Source of the DNA: Bacteroidia bacterium
Lineage (GTDB): Bacteria > Bacteroidota > Bacteroidia > NS11-12g > UBA9320
Direction of reading: 5' to 3'
NCBI GenBank assembly: GCA_965216465.1
Contig: CBDCFW010000006.1
Coordinates: 576,001-640,000 of the forward strand
Length of the DNA: 64,000 nucleotides
In this document: positions 1-10,320 of the stretch, one piece after another
Position numbering within the stretch: the stretch's first letter is position 1
How the letters are laid out: each line of letters begins with the position of its first letter
The notes under the pieces: generated by a model
The model's database searches: none
What the model was told of the DNA's origin: nothing
What the model saw: the letters and a program-made list of their open reading frames with translations, nothing else
Made by a program: the position numbers and the translations under genes

Positions 1-1468
1 CATTTTGCAGGTCATTTTGTCTTCCCACAAAATTCCACATGAAGTAACGCATATACATCCACCCTATTTGGTAATTCCAGAAGAACTTCATGTTGTTTTT
101 GAACGACGGTTTGGTCATCCGAGCTTGTGCCAATTGTCGTTGTAACTCTTGGTCACCAGGGTTAGCTTTGGTTTGTTGTTCCAACACATTAATTCTTCGG
201 TACATGTCTTCCATTCCACTCCAAATTGGATAGAATTGGGCTTTCTCTGTCATATCTCCCATACGCGGGAATACGGTTGAGTATTTTTCATCCCATTTGT
301 AAGACAATTTATTTCCTATTTCTTCATATCCATCTTCGCCTCTTCTATATTGCATTCTACCCTCATCTATGGTAAGACCTTGACCCGTAAAATTGTAGTA
401 ATCTTGAACGGTCCAATATGGACCATAGAACAATGGTCTTTCTCCATATTGCTCACGATTGATATAGCTCATTAAGCTTTGAGCATCTTGAGGATCGTTC
501 ATGTTAATTGCAGGTTCTGCAGATGAACGAATTACTACCATAGAATAAGAAGAGAAACCTAGCATAATAAATGCAAAGCATAATAATGTAAGGTTTAAGA
601 TTGGCTTATGCATCTTCTTAGTGTAATACAATCCGAAGGCAATTAAACCTCCTAAGAGTACCATAAAGAACAATACTCCGGAGTTGTAAGGTAGGCCAAG
701 ACCATTTACAAATATCTTGTCGAAAAATGCAGCTACTGCTGGTGTCTTTGGTATAACAATAAACTGCAATAATCCAATAGATCCAAGTCCAATGGCAGCA
801 GCTTTGATAACATTCATTCGGTTAACCTCATACTTGTTTAAGAAGTAGTATAAGAAGACTGCTGGAACCACAAGTAAGTTCAATAAGTGAAGTCCAATAC
901 CTAATCCGACAACGTATGCCACAAAAACAATCCAACGATCTGAAGTTGGTTCATCTTTAACACACTCCCATTTCAAAATAGCCCAAAATGCAAGTGCCAT
1001 GAAACAAGATGAAGCGGCATAAACCTCTGCCTCAACAGCACTAAACCAGAATGTATCCATGAAAGTTACAGATAATGCTGCAACTAAACCAGAACCGATA
1101 ATCGCAATTGAATTTCCAAAATCAACACTAGTAGCATTTAAGTCAATGTTTAAAATCTTCTTAGCGAAGTGAGTGGTAATCCAAAACGTAAACATCACCG
1201 TAGCAGCACTTGCCACTACAGAAACCATATTCACTGCAATTGCAACTTCGTTCGTTCCTGCTTCAGCAAAAATCGCAAAAAATCGCCCGATCATCAAGAA
1301 AAGTGGAGCCCCGGGAGGGTGTACAATTTGAAGCTTATCGGATGCCGAGATAAACTCTCCACAATCCCATAAACTAACAGACTCTTCAATAGTAAAGATA
1401 TATACAACTAATGCGATCAGAAATGAAATCCAACCGAAGATGATATTAGTTCTCTTGAAATTATTCAT
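1..1468 (-). CDS. DUF2723 / TMEM260-like multi-pass membrane glycosyltransferase (3' end beyond window start)
   Basis: Not in ORF track because no stop falls in the window. Manual translation from ATG 1468: MNNFKRTNIIFGWISFLIALVVYIFTIEESVSLWDCGEFISASDKLQIVHPPGAPLF, with the WDCGEF and HPPG signature of DUF2723, then hydrophobic segments. Confidence 0.85.
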   Translation of the reverse strand, partial: MNNFKRTNIIFGWISFLIALVVYIFTIEESVSLWDCGEFISASDKLQIVHPPGAPLFLMIGRFFAIFAEAGTNEVAIAVNMVSVVASAATVMFTFWITTHFAKKILNIDLNATSVDFGNSIAIIGSGLVAALSVTFMDTFWFSAVEAEVYAASSCFMALAFWAILKWECVKDEPTSDRWIVFVAYVVGLGIGLHLLNLLVVPAVFLYYFLNKYEVNRMNVIKAAAIGLGSIGLLQFIVIPKTPAVAAFFDKIFVNGLGLPYNSGVLFFMVLLGGLIAFGLYYTKKMHKPILNLTLLCFAFIMLGFSSYSMVVIRSSAEPAINMNDPQDAQSLMSYINREQYGERPLFYGPYWTVQDYYNFTGQGLTIDEGRMQYRRGEDGYEEIGNKLSYKWDEKYSTVFPRMGDMTEKAQFYPIWSGMEDMYRRINVLEQQTKANPGDQELQRQLAQARMTKPSFKNNMKFFWNYQIGWMYMRYFMWNFVGRQNDLQN

Positions 1469-1645
1469 TCGTAAGTTAAAATTTAGGTGGCGAAAATAAA
1501 TATTTAGTTCATAATCTCCCTATTCTAGGGATATGAATGTAGACGAATTCAACAGAGAAAAAGTTCGTTGATTCGACGACGATAAATTAAATTCGACCAG
1601 CAAATGGTTTAGAAATTCTTTATTTGCACTGAATATTTACTGTAA

Positions 1646-2542
1646 TTGACTACTTCATTTAACATTAAAGCTTGTCCTGTTTGTGATAACACATCGTTTA
1701 ACAAACACCTCGATGTTCCTGATTGGCTTGTTTCTAAAAAAAGCTTCAAACTCAATGCCTGTGGGGCTTGCGGCTTTGTTTTTACCGCAGATGCTCCTAG
1801 TCCTGAAGAAATAGGACCATATTACAACAGTGAAGAATATGTAGAGCATAGTGACACTAAAAAAGGCTTGATTTATGGCATCTACCATTATGCTAGAAAG
1901 TTAATGTTGAACTACAAGCTTCGAATAATACGTAAGCTTGGAACAGGAAATAAAATTCTTGATGTGGGCTCAGGATCCGGATACTTCTTAAACCACATGA
2001 AGAAAAACGGCTATGATGTAACAGGAGTGGAGATCAGCGACAAAGCAATTCAGCTTTGTTCAGCTAATTTTGGAATTCAGGCCTTTAAACCAGAATATAT
2101 GCTCGAAGGCAAGCTTGATAATGACTATGACCTAATCACACTATGGCATGTATTTGAGCACGTATACAGCTACAACGAATATTTCGATATTTTCAATAAT
2201 TCACTTAGTAAAAATGGTAAATTGGTAATTGCTATGCCTAACCATGACAGCTTTGATAGCCAATTTTACAGAACCCATTGGGCGGCATATGATACCCCAC
2301 GACATATTTGGCATTTCACACCTAAAACCTTTGAGCAATTTGCGTCAAAGAGAGGCTTTAAAATGATTCAGAAATATCGACTGCCACTTGATCCATTCTT
2401 CAATTCAATGGTAAGTGCTTCTTACAAAGAGAAGTTCACTTTTCTTCCATTTACAGTATTGGTAGGATTTTGGTCTTATCTCAAATCGCTTGTTAATAAA
2501 AACAAGTCGAGCTCATTAATTTACATCCTCGAGAAAAAGTAA
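1646..2542 (+). CDS. Class I SAM-dependent methyltransferase with N-terminal Zn-ribbon
   Basis: CPVC...CGAC pair, LDVGSGSG motif I, ITLWHVFEHV, PRHIWHF. Confidence 0.85.
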   Translation: MTTSFNIKACPVCDNTSFNKHLDVPDWLVSKKSFKLNACGACGFVFTADAPSPEEIGPYYNSEEYVEHSDTKKGLIYGIYHYARKLMLNYKLRIIRKLGTGNKILDVGSGSGYFLNHMKKNGYDVTGVEISDKAIQLCSANFGIQAFKPEYMLEGKLDNDYDLITLWHVFEHVYSYNEYFDIFNNSLSKNGKLVIAMPNHDSFDSQFYRTHWAAYDTPRHIWHFTPKTFEQFASKRGFKMIQKYRLPLDPFFNSMVSASYKEKFTFLPFTVLVGFWSYLKSLVNKNKSSSLIYILEKK

Positions 2543-3328
2543 TTACAGTTTCACAAAAACTGTTGAAGACTGAGTGTGATGATCGTCTATTACAACGTGA
2601 TACATTCCCGAAGGTAATTCTGCAATATTCACAACCGGACTGAAGGCTTGGTTGAGTACGATTTTACCAAATGGGTCGATGAACTTAATATGGGCTCGTT
2701 CTGAGAACTTTCCAGCGATAAACAGTTGATTTTCAGACGGATTTGGAAACACCTTAACCGATACTCTTTCAAACTTAGGTGTGCTTGCTGTAAGATTTTC
2801 TACAATATCGAGTGTATCTACAAGAACAATATCTCCACCCGTTGTTTGGTTGTTGTTGGCAGCCAAAACAGCAATGTAGAGTTTCAGGGTGCCTGTACCT
2901 GCGGCTGGGGCTGTCCAATCGGTTTCCCAAGTTATTCCATCGCTTCCGAAACTGCTCGCAAATTTGTGAGTAGCTCTTACCCCATGGGCAGTAACGGCAG
3001 TATCTCCAACAAAGTTTCCTACTCCGGTACCACTCGAATCTTCTGCCATCATTTCAAAGCCAAAAACATCACGAGCACCTTGGGAGGCATTAATAGTTAT
3101 ACGATACGTTGAATCAGGGCTATAGCCTTTAGTAGGCACATTAATTGACAGCATTTCTTTTGATGTAGGGGGATTACCATTGTTATGACAACCTCCATTC
3201 GTTCCACATGTGCTGGCATCTGTTGAAGACCCCGACCTTCCTAATGGTGAGCCTCCTCGGTTACTCATTAAAACAACTGATAAAATCATTAAGCCAAGAG
3301 TGGATAGTAGTTTAAATTTCTTTTGCAT
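2543..3328 (-). CDS. Secreted Reeler-like / choice-of-anchor V domain protein with T9SS C-terminal sorting domain
   Basis: Signal peptide, TCGTNGGCH, FGFEM, WTAPAAGTG, AANNNQTTGGD; C-terminal VFPNPS...LPSGMYHV. Confidence 0.7.
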   Translation of the reverse strand: MQKKFKLLSTLGLMILSVVLMSNRGGSPLGRSGSSTDASTCGTNGGCHNNGNPPTSKEMLSINVPTKGYSPDSTYRITINASQGARDVFGFEMMAEDSSGTGVGNFVGDTAVTAHGVRATHKFASSFGSDGITWETDWTAPAAGTGTLKLYIAVLAANNNQTTGGDIVLVDTLDIVENLTASTPKFERVSVKVFPNPSENQLFIAGKFSERAHIKFIDPFGKIVLNQAFSPVVNIAELPSGMYHVVIDDHHTQSSTVFVKL

Positions 3329-3381
3329 GGTAGTGTAAGAGTTTCAAATTTAAGGTCTCTTTCCATATTCCTGAAGTTTCT

Positions 3382-3413
3382 TTTGCGAGATATCAACAAT
3401 TAGCTTAGATTTG
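3382..3413 (+). promoter_or_regulatory. Bacteroidota housekeeping promoter of rimP-nusA-infB
   Basis: -33 TTTG (3382-3385), 20-nt spacer, -7 TAGATTTG (3406-3413), matching the TTTG...TAnnTTTG consensus. Confidence 0.75.
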
Positions 3414-3431
3414 CACTGAAATATAGAAGTG

Positions 3432-3460
3432 AGAAAGGGGTTAAAAGCCCCTTTTTTCTT
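3432..3460 (+). promoter_or_regulatory. rimP leader: terminator-like attenuator hairpin
   Basis: AGAAAGGGG-TTAAAAG-CCCCTTTTTT, a GC stem plus U-tract between the promoter and the likely rimP start; same position as the known rimP leader. Confidence 0.7.
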
Positions 3461-3470
3461 ACCTAAAAAT

Positions 3471-3935
3471 TTGGATTTAAAAGCGTTCATAACAGAAATT
3501 ATCGAATCGGAACTAACCGGCTCTGATCACTTTTTGGTAAGTGTTGTAAGCAACGAGGCTGAAACCAGCTTTAAATTTTTCATTGATGGAAAAAATGGAG
3601 TCGACATTCAGCTTTGTGGCCGACTAAGCAGAAAGGTGTCGAGGTTGTTAGACGAAGAGGAGTACGACGATACTCCAATTCGATTTGAGATTTCTTCACC
3701 AGGTGCTGATCGACCTCTGATTGACAATCGTCAGTATAATCAGCATATAGGTCGCGACTTGGCCGTTGTGATGAACGATGAAAGTGAATTGGAAGGTGAA
3801 CTTCTAGAAGTAAATGAAGAAGGTATAGTATTAGAGACTATGGCTTCAAAACATAAAAAAGAAACAAATAATATTTTGTTTAACGACATTAATAATAGTA
3901 CCGTAAAAATATCCTTTAAACGTAAAAAGAAATGA
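3471..3935 (+). CDS. rimP: Ribosome maturation factor RimP
   Basis: DIQLCGRLSR, FEISSPGADRPL, YNQHIGR; upstream of nusA. Start moved from 3429 to in-frame TTG 3471 because 3429-3460 is the leader hairpin. Confidence 0.93.
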   Translation: MDLKAFITEIIESELTGSDHFLVSVVSNEAETSFKFFIDGKNGVDIQLCGRLSRKVSRLLDEEEYDDTPIRFEISSPGADRPLIDNRQYNQHIGRDLAVVMNDESELEGELLEVNEEGIVLETMASKHKKETNNILFNDINNSTVKISFKRKKK

Positions 3936-5167
3936 GCTTACAACTAGTAGAATCTTTCTCGGAATTCAAAGAATTTAAGAACATCGATAGAGCAACTATG
4001 ATGCGTGTTCTTGAAGACGTATTCAGAACCATGATTAGAAGAAAATATGGGTCTGATGACAACTTTGATGTAATTGTTAACACTGATAACGGAGACCTTG
4101 AGATTTATCGCAACAGAGAAATCGTTGACGAAGGTGAAGTTGAAGATCCAAACAAAGAAATTTCATTATCTGAAGCAAGAAAATTGGAAGACGATTATGA
4201 AATTGGTGAAGAGGCTATTGAAGAAATCAATATGGCTGACTTCGGAAGAAGAACGATTCTTACAGCTCGTCAAACCTTATTATCTAAGGTTCTTGAGCTT
4301 GAAAAAGACGAATTCTACAAAAAATACAAAGACCGTGTTGGAGAAATTGTTGTTGGAGAGGTTTATCAGATTTGGAAAAACGAGATCATGATTCTTGACG
4401 ACGAAGGAAATGAATTGATTCTTCCAAAACGAGAAATGATCCCGCGTGACTTTTTCAAAAAAGGTGATGCAGTTCGAGCGGTTGTTTTAAGAGTTGAAAT
4501 GTACAACTCAAACCCTAAGATTATTCTTTCAAGAACCGCTCCAGAATTCTTAGAGCGCTTGTTCGAATTGGAAGTTCCAGAAATCTTAGACGGATTAATT
4601 ACGGTTAAGAAAATTGTTCGTGAACCCGGAGAAAGAGCTAAGGTTGCGGTAGAAAGCTACGACGATCGAATTGATCCTGTCGGAGCTTGTGTGGGAATGA
4701 AAGGAAGTCGTATTCACGGTATTGTTCGTGAATTGAAAAATGAGAATATTGATGTGATTAACTTCACTGCCAATACACAATTATTGATTCAAAGAAGTTT
4801 GAGTCCTGCTAAAATCTCTTCTATCACATTGGATGATGAGAATGGAAAAGCGGATGTATTCCTTCCGGCGGATCAAGTATCACTTGCTATTGGTAAAGGA
4901 GGGCACAATATTAAACTTGCTGGTAAATTGGTTGGATACAGCATTGATGTTTATCGTGAGTCAAATGAGGACGAAGAAATGGATGTTGATTTGGACGAGT
5001 TTGCAGATGAAATTGATGAGTGGATCTTGGACGAATTGAAAGGTATCGGTCTAGATACAGCAAAAAGTGTATTAGACATGACTGACGATGATTTAGTTTC
5101 AAGAACCGAATTAGAGCAAGAAACTATAGAAGAAATTAAAAAAATATTAGAAGCGGAGTTTGAATAG
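3932..5167 (+). CDS. nusA: Transcription termination factor NusA
   Basis: FGRRTILTARQ, S1 domain, REPGERAKVAV, DPVGACVGMKGSRI, SLAIGKGGHN. Confidence 0.98.
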   Translation: MSLQLVESFSEFKEFKNIDRATMMRVLEDVFRTMIRRKYGSDDNFDVIVNTDNGDLEIYRNREIVDEGEVEDPNKEISLSEARKLEDDYEIGEEAIEEINMADFGRRTILTARQTLLSKVLELEKDEFYKKYKDRVGEIVVGEVYQIWKNEIMILDDEGNELILPKREMIPRDFFKKGDAVRAVVLRVEMYNSNPKIILSRTAPEFLERLFELEVPEILDGLITVKKIVREPGERAKVAVESYDDRIDPVGACVGMKGSRIHGIVRELKNENIDVINFTANTQLLIQRSLSPAKISSITLDDENGKADVFLPADQVSLAIGKGGHNIKLAGKLVGYSIDVYRESNEDEEMDVDLDEFADEIDEWILDELKGIGLDTAKSVLDMTDDDLVSRTELEQETIEEIKKILEAEFE

Positions 5168-5216
5168 TAAATACAATATGGATTAATGTATTATTTTCGA
5201 ACGCTGTGTAGCATAG

Positions 5217-7952
5217 ATGGCTGACAAGGGAAAGACATATAGAATTAATAAGGTAGCAACTGAGTTTAATGTTAGTTGGAAAACAATCGTTGAACATTTG
5301 CAAGAAAAGGGCTTTGAAGTAGAGTCTAAAATCACTGCAAAGATCAATGATGAGATGTACCAAGACTTAGTAGGTTTTTATCAAAAAGATAAGCAAGCTA
5401 AGGAAGAAGCGGAGCAGCTCGAAATTAACATTAGAAAAGATGCTCGTACTCAAGAAATTAAAGAGGTTAAGAAATCAACTCCTGTAACTGAAGAATTTCC
5501 TAAGGTTGAAACTATTTTAGTTAAAGACACCACACTTTCTACCAAAAAGGAAGATGAGGAAGAGAAACCAGAAGAAGTTGTAGCTGAGAAACCAGAAGTT
5601 GTTGAAGAGGAGAAGCCTGAAGAACCCAAAGAGGAAGAAAAACCGGAAACTGAAGAGGGGAAACTCAGTGGACCAAAAGTTCTTGGTACTATCGATATTA
5701 AACCTTCGAAGCCAGCTAAAAAAGAAGAAAAACCAGTTGAAGAAAAGCCTGAAGTAAAGGAAGAAAAACCGGTTGAAGCCAAAAAAGAAGATAGCCCAGA
5801 ACCAAGTGAAGAGGATAAGTTCAAACAAACTGAATACACCAAGCTTCAAGGTACTAAGGTTCTAGGAAATATAAAAATCACTAAGCCTGTTAAGAAGGAA
5901 CGTCCAAAAGACCGAGCTTCTGACGAACCTAAAAAGAAAAGAAAGCGTATTCGAGGCGAAAAGGTAACTGCCGAAAAGCTACGAAATGAGCGCATGAAGG
6001 ATCGTAAAAAAGGCGAAGAAAAGTCTGAAGTTTCTGAGAAAGAAATTCAAGACAAAATCAAAAAGACGCTTGCAAAAATGTCTTCATCAAACAAAGCACC
6101 ATCGCATGGTGGTAAAGTTAGAAAGAAGGCTAGAAAGTTCAGAAGACAAGAGCACAAGAAGAAGTGGGAAGAACAACAACTGCAAGAGCAAATTGAAAGC
6201 AAAATCTTAGATGTAACCGAGTTTGTTACGGCAAACGAGCTTGCAAATATGATGGACGTTAGTGTTAATGAAATTATCAGTGCTTGTTTTACACTTGGAA
6301 TGATGGTTTCGATCAACCAACGTCTGGATGCTGAAACTATTCAAATTGTAGCTGAAGAATTTGGATATGAAATCAACTTCGTAGATGCCGGTGAAACCAT
6401 CGAAATTGAGGAAGAAGAAGACGATCCAGAAAACCTATTGCCTCGTCACCCAATTGTTACCGTAATGGGACACGTTGACCACGGTAAAACTTCATTGCTA
6501 GATTATATCAGAAATGCGAATGTAATTGCTGGTGAGGCCGGTGGTATTACCCAGCACGTTGCTGCGTATGAGGTGGAGCTAAAAGATGGAAATCACATGA
6601 CTTTCATTGATACTCCAGGTCACGAAGCCTTTACAGCAATGAGAGCAAGGGGTGCACAGGTTACTGATATCGCGATTATTGTGATTGCTGCTGACGACGC
6701 CGTGATGCCTCAAACAAAAGAAGCAATTAGTCACGCTCAAGCGGCAGAAGTACCTATTGTATTTGCATTCAACAAAATTGATAAGGAAGGAGCTAACCCA
6801 GATAAAGTAAAAGAACAACTTTCAACCATGAATATTTTGGTTGAAGATTGGGGAGGTAAATATCAAAGCCAAGCAATCTCGGCAAAAACTGGATTGAACA
6901 TTGAAGAATTGCTTGAAAAAGTTCTTCTTGAGGCTGAATTACTAGAATTAAAAGCGAACCCAAATAGAAATGCCAAAGGAGCTGTTCTCGAATCTAAGCT
7001 TGAAAAAGGACGAGGTGTTGTAACCTCTATGCTTGTTCAAGAAGGTACACTTCGAATTGGTGACGCCATAGTTGCAGGTCAACATTTTGCAAGAGTAAAA
7101 GCGATGTTCAACGAGCGTGGTGTTGCGGTTCAAGAAGCAGGACCAGCATCTCCAGTATCTATACTTGGATTCTCAGGAACTCCAGCTGCAGGTGAAACCT
7201 TCCAGGTAATGACCGATGAGGCAACTGCTAAAGATATTGCCAATAAACGTGAGCAACTTCAAAGGGAGCAAGGTATTAGAGCGACTAAGCACCTAACGTT
7301 GAAAGAAATCGGAAGACGTTTAGCTGTAGGAAACTTTAAAGAGCTTAACCTGATTATTAAGGCTGATGTGGATGGCTCTGCTGAAGCGCTTTCAGATTCA
7401 TTGATTAAACTTTCTACCGAAGAAATTCAAATCAATGTAATTCATAAATCTGTTGGTCCAATTACAGATAATGACATCCTACTGGCAACAGCATCAGATG
7501 CCATTGTAATTGGTTTCCAAGTTAGACCGATGCCAAGTGCTAAGAAATTGGCAGAATCTGAAGAAATCGAAATTCGCTTGTACAGTGTAATCTATCAAGC
7601 CATTGAAGAAATTAAATCGGCAATGGAAGGACTTCTTGATCCTGATCTTGAAGAACAAATCACGGGTACTGCTGAAATTAGAGAAACATTTAAAATCACT
7701 AAAGTGGGTACAATCGCTGGTTGTATGCAGATTGAAGGTAAGATGTACCGCGATAACAAGGTACGCTTAATTCGTGAAGGTGTAGTTGTATATACTGGAG
7801 AACTTGAGTCTCTTAAACGTTTCAAAGACGACGTTAAAGAAGTGAACAAAGGTTACGAATGTGGTATGCAGATTAAAAACTACAACGATATTCAAATTGG
7901 TGATTTGATTGAAGGATTTAGAGAAGTTGAGGTTAAACGAAAACTGAAATAA
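5217..7952 (+). CDS. infB: Translation initiation factor IF-2
   Basis: [49 protein letters not shown]. Confidence 0.99.
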   Translation: MADKGKTYRINKVATEFNVSWKTIVEHLQEKGFEVESKITAKINDEMYQDLVGFYQKDKQAKEEAEQLEINIRKDARTQEIKEVKKSTPVTEEFPKVETILVKDTTLSTKKEDEEEKPEEVVAEKPEVVEEEKPEEPKEEEKPETEEGKLSGPKVLGTIDIKPSKPAKKEEKPVEEKPEVKEEKPVEAKKEDSPEPSEEDKFKQTEYTKLQGTKVLGNIKITKPVKKERPKDRASDEPKKKRKRIRGEKVTAEKLRNERMKDRKKGEEKSEVSEKEIQDKIKKTLAKMSSSNKAPSHGGKVRKKARKFRRQEHKKKWEEQQLQEQIESKILDVTEFVTANELANMMDVSVNEIISACFTLGMMVSINQRLDAETIQIVAEEFGYEINFVDAGETIEIEEEEDDPENLLPRHPIVTVMGHVDHGKTSLLDYIRNANVIAGEAGGITQHVAAYEVELKDGNHMTFIDTPGHEAFTAMRARGAQVTDIAIIVIAADDAVMPQTKEAISHAQAAEVPIVFAFNKIDKEGANPDKVKEQLSTMNILVEDWGGKYQSQAISAKTGLNIEELLEKVLLEAELLELKANPNRNAKGAVLESKLEKGRGVVTSMLVQEGTLRIGDAIVAGQHFARVKAMFNERGVAVQEAGPASPVSILGFSGTPAAGETFQVMTDEATAKDIANKREQLQREQGIRATKHLTLKEIGRRLAVGNFKELNLIIKADVDGSAEALSDSLIKLSTEEIQINVIHKSVGPITDNDILLATASDAIVIGFQVRPMPSAKKLAESEEIEIRLYSVIYQAIEEIKSAMEGLLDPDLEEQITGTAEIRETFKITKVGTIAGCMQIEGKMYRDNKVRLIREGVVVYTGELESLKRFKDDVKEVNKGYECGMQIKNYNDIQIGDLIEGFREVEVKRKLK

Positions 7953-8014
7953 GTTTGACCGACAACCTTAACTAATTTTCCTCTTCCCCATTTTTTTCCT
8001 GTAAATTGCACGAT

Positions 8015-9019
8015 ATGAATAAGGCAATTATCAAAGGCTTAGGATTTTATGTGCCAGATCACGTGGTGACTAACAATGATCTATCTAAAATGATGGATAC
8101 CAATGATGCGTGGATTCAAGAAAGAACAGGCATTAAAGAAAGACGTTGGATCAAAGACAATAGTGATTCAACTACTTCAATGGGGGTTAAAGCTGCAATC
8201 AACGCAATTAACGACGCTCAAATCGATAAGACCGACATCGACTTTATCATTTTTGCCACACTGAGCCCTGATTATTATTTCCCTGGGCCTGGTGTTTCAG
8301 TACAAAAAGAGTTAGGTCTCGACACTGTCGGAGCATTAGATGTCAGAAACCAATGCAGTGGTTTTGTGTACGGCCTTTCAGTTGCTGACCAATACATCAA
8401 GTCTGGAATGTATAAGAACATCTTAGTCATCGGTTCAGAATTTCATAGCGGCGGTTTAGACAAAACAACTCGAGGTAGAGGTGTGACTGTAATTTTTGGT
8501 GATGGAGCTGGTGCTGCAGTAGTGTCAGCCACTTCTGATGAAAATAGAGGCGTACTTTCGACTCATCTACACTCAGACGGACAGCATGCTGAGGAATTAG
8601 CTTTGCTTGGTCCGAGCACGGCCCGCTGGGTTCCCGAAATTATTAAAAAAGCGGATGATGAAGACACCAGTTACTATCCTTATATGAATGGTAATTTTGT
8701 TTTTAAACATGCAGTTACCCGATTCCCTCAGGTAATTAACGAAGCTCTTGAACTTAATGGCTATAAAGCTGAAGATATTGACCTGCTCGTTCCACATCAG
8801 GCCAATTTGCGAATCGCTCAATTTATTCAGCGGTCGATGAAGCTAACCAATGATCAGGTGTATAACAACATTCAACGCTACGGTAATACCACAGCAGCCT
8901 CTATACCTATAGCTTTAGCAGAAGCCAAGCAAGAAGGTAGAATCAAAGAGGGTGATTTGGTGTGTTTAGCTGCCTTTGGAAGCGGTTTTACATGGGCGAG
9001 TGCACTAATTCGTTGGTAA
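8015..9019 (+). CDS. fabH: Beta-ketoacyl-ACP synthase III
   Basis: WIQERTGIKERR, NQCSGF (catalytic Cys), FGDGAGA, PHQANLRI, YGNTTAAS, AFGSGFTW. ATG 8015 preferred to TTG 8006. Confidence 0.93.
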   Translation: MNKAIIKGLGFYVPDHVVTNNDLSKMMDTNDAWIQERTGIKERRWIKDNSDSTTSMGVKAAINAINDAQIDKTDIDFIIFATLSPDYYFPGPGVSVQKELGLDTVGALDVRNQCSGFVYGLSVADQYIKSGMYKNILVIGSEFHSGGLDKTTRGRGVTVIFGDGAGAAVVSATSDENRGVLSTHLHSDGQHAEELALLGPSTARWVPEIIKKADDEDTSYYPYMNGNFVFKHAVTRFPQVINEALELNGYKAEDIDLLVPHQANLRIAQFIQRSMKLTNDQVYNNIQRYGNTTAASIPIALAEAKQEGRIKEGDLVCLAAFGSGFTWASALIRW

Positions 9020-9474
9020 TGGCAAAAAAGACTCTAGCGAAAAAACAAACAATAGGACTTAGTGACCAGCTAGATATTCCTAGTGCCAAGCTCATTAATG
9101 TTCCATGTAAAATAGATACAGGGGCATACAATTGTTCCATCGATTGTTCTAAATTTAGATTGGTTAAGATTCACGGGGTACCTACCCTTTTCTTTACACT
9201 TCTCGGAAAAGAATACAAGCAATTTTCAGGAGTCGAACTACAAACCACCCAGTTTGTCCAAAAAAAGGTAAAAAGCTCATCAGGACATAGCCAGTACCGT
9301 TATCAAATCATGTTAGAAATTGAGTTATTTGGAGAAATACACGAAGCTGCCTTTAATTTAAGTCGAAGACACAATATGAAATACCCGATTCTGCTGGGTC
9401 GAAAATTTCTGTCTAAAAGATTTGTCGTAGATGTTTCAAAGAAAAACCTAAGTCTAAAACTCAAATCGAAGTAG
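9019..9474 (+). CDS. RimK-associated retropepsin-like putative protease (RimK/LysX, 'Zn_protease' family)
   Basis: KIDTGA, VKSSSG, LSRRHNMKYPILLGRKFL. ATG 9019 overlaps the fabH stop (TAATG). Confidence 0.82.
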   Translation: MAKKTLAKKQTIGLSDQLDIPSAKLINVPCKIDTGAYNCSIDCSKFRLVKIHGVPTLFFTLLGKEYKQFSGVELQTTQFVQKKVKSSSGHSQYRYQIMLEIELFGEIHEAAFNLSRRHNMKYPILLGRKFLSKRFVVDVSKKNLSLKLKSK

Positions 9475-10320
9475 AGCTTCTATCATTAATTCAGGTTTTG
9501 AAAATGGAATAAAGTGGTCTTCTTCTGGATACCTGAATACTTCTACACTCTTTGCATTTACTAGCATTTTTTCAGCATAATCTTCGTTTCCAGCCGGAAC
9601 CAAATTGTCTTTCATTCCTTGAATGATTTTAACATCTTGAGTTATTCCTGACCAAAGAGGAGTCATCTTGTCAAGCTCTTCTTTAGCCGGCATAATCTCC
9701 TGATTACTAACAACAAAGCTTCTTGGCATGAGCCATCTTATCGGTCTGCGATTCAAGAACTTTCTCCATTTTTCTTGCGGCTCCAACTCAGGAGAAACAG
9801 AGCCCGCGACAATAAGTAGCGATTGAGCAATCGTAGAATCATTCATTACCATTCTACAGATTAACGGACCACCTAATGAATGTCCAACCAATACTATTTG
9901 CTTAAAGTTGAATTGACGCACAACTGCATTCATGAGATCGGCCTGTTTTTCCATACTGGGTTCAGAATTTCCAAAATCTGAGTAGCCGAACCCTGGACGA
10001 TCAATTAACAAAACATTGTAACGCGAAAGAAGCAACGAGTCCTTTGCAAACTGTAAAAAGTTACTTGAAGAGCCTGGAGATCCATGAATAAACACTGCAA
10101 GTGGCTTAGTTGTATCGTGACCCACCAAGGTATAATGAAGTTGTCGTTCGCCACCATTCTTAAGACCCAATTCAACCGGATATTGTAAGCTAATTTCTTT
10201 GAGTTCTTCGAGTTGCTTTTTGTCAGATTGCCTAAATTGGAAGCAACTTCCTACCAACATCCATAATCCAATAATTATAAAGGAGAATTTAAATCTTTTC
10301 CGTTTCCACCAGTTTTTCAT
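9454..10320 (-). CDS. Alpha/beta-fold hydrolase, membrane-anchored or exported
   Basis: FIHGSPG, DRPGFGYS, GHSLGG nucleophile elbow, D-x-LVP, HFIP. Confidence 0.88.
   Translation of the reverse strand: MKNWWKRKRFKFSFIIIGLWMLVGSCFQFRQSDKKQLEELKEISLQYPVELGLKNGGERQLHYTLVGHDTTKPLAVFIHGSPGSSSNFLQFAKDSLLLSRYNVLLIDRPGFGYSDFGNSEPSMEKQADLMNAVVRQFNFKQIVLVGHSLGGPLICRMVMNDSTIAQSLLIVAGSVSPELEPQEKWRKFLNRRPIRWLMPRSFVVSNQEIMPAKEELDKMTPLWSGITQDVKIIQGMKDNLVPAGNEDYAEKMLVNAKSVEVFRYPEEDHFIPFSKPELMIEALLRFEF

Noticed and set aside
1169-1372. 67-aa plus-strand ORF
   Set aside because: Antisense to the well-supported DUF2723 gene; no protein-like features.
5450-7849. Several antisense ORFs inside infB and its EEKP-rich repeats
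   Set aside because: Shadow ORFs of a low-complexity K/E-rich region; such linkers are normal in IF-2 N-termini.
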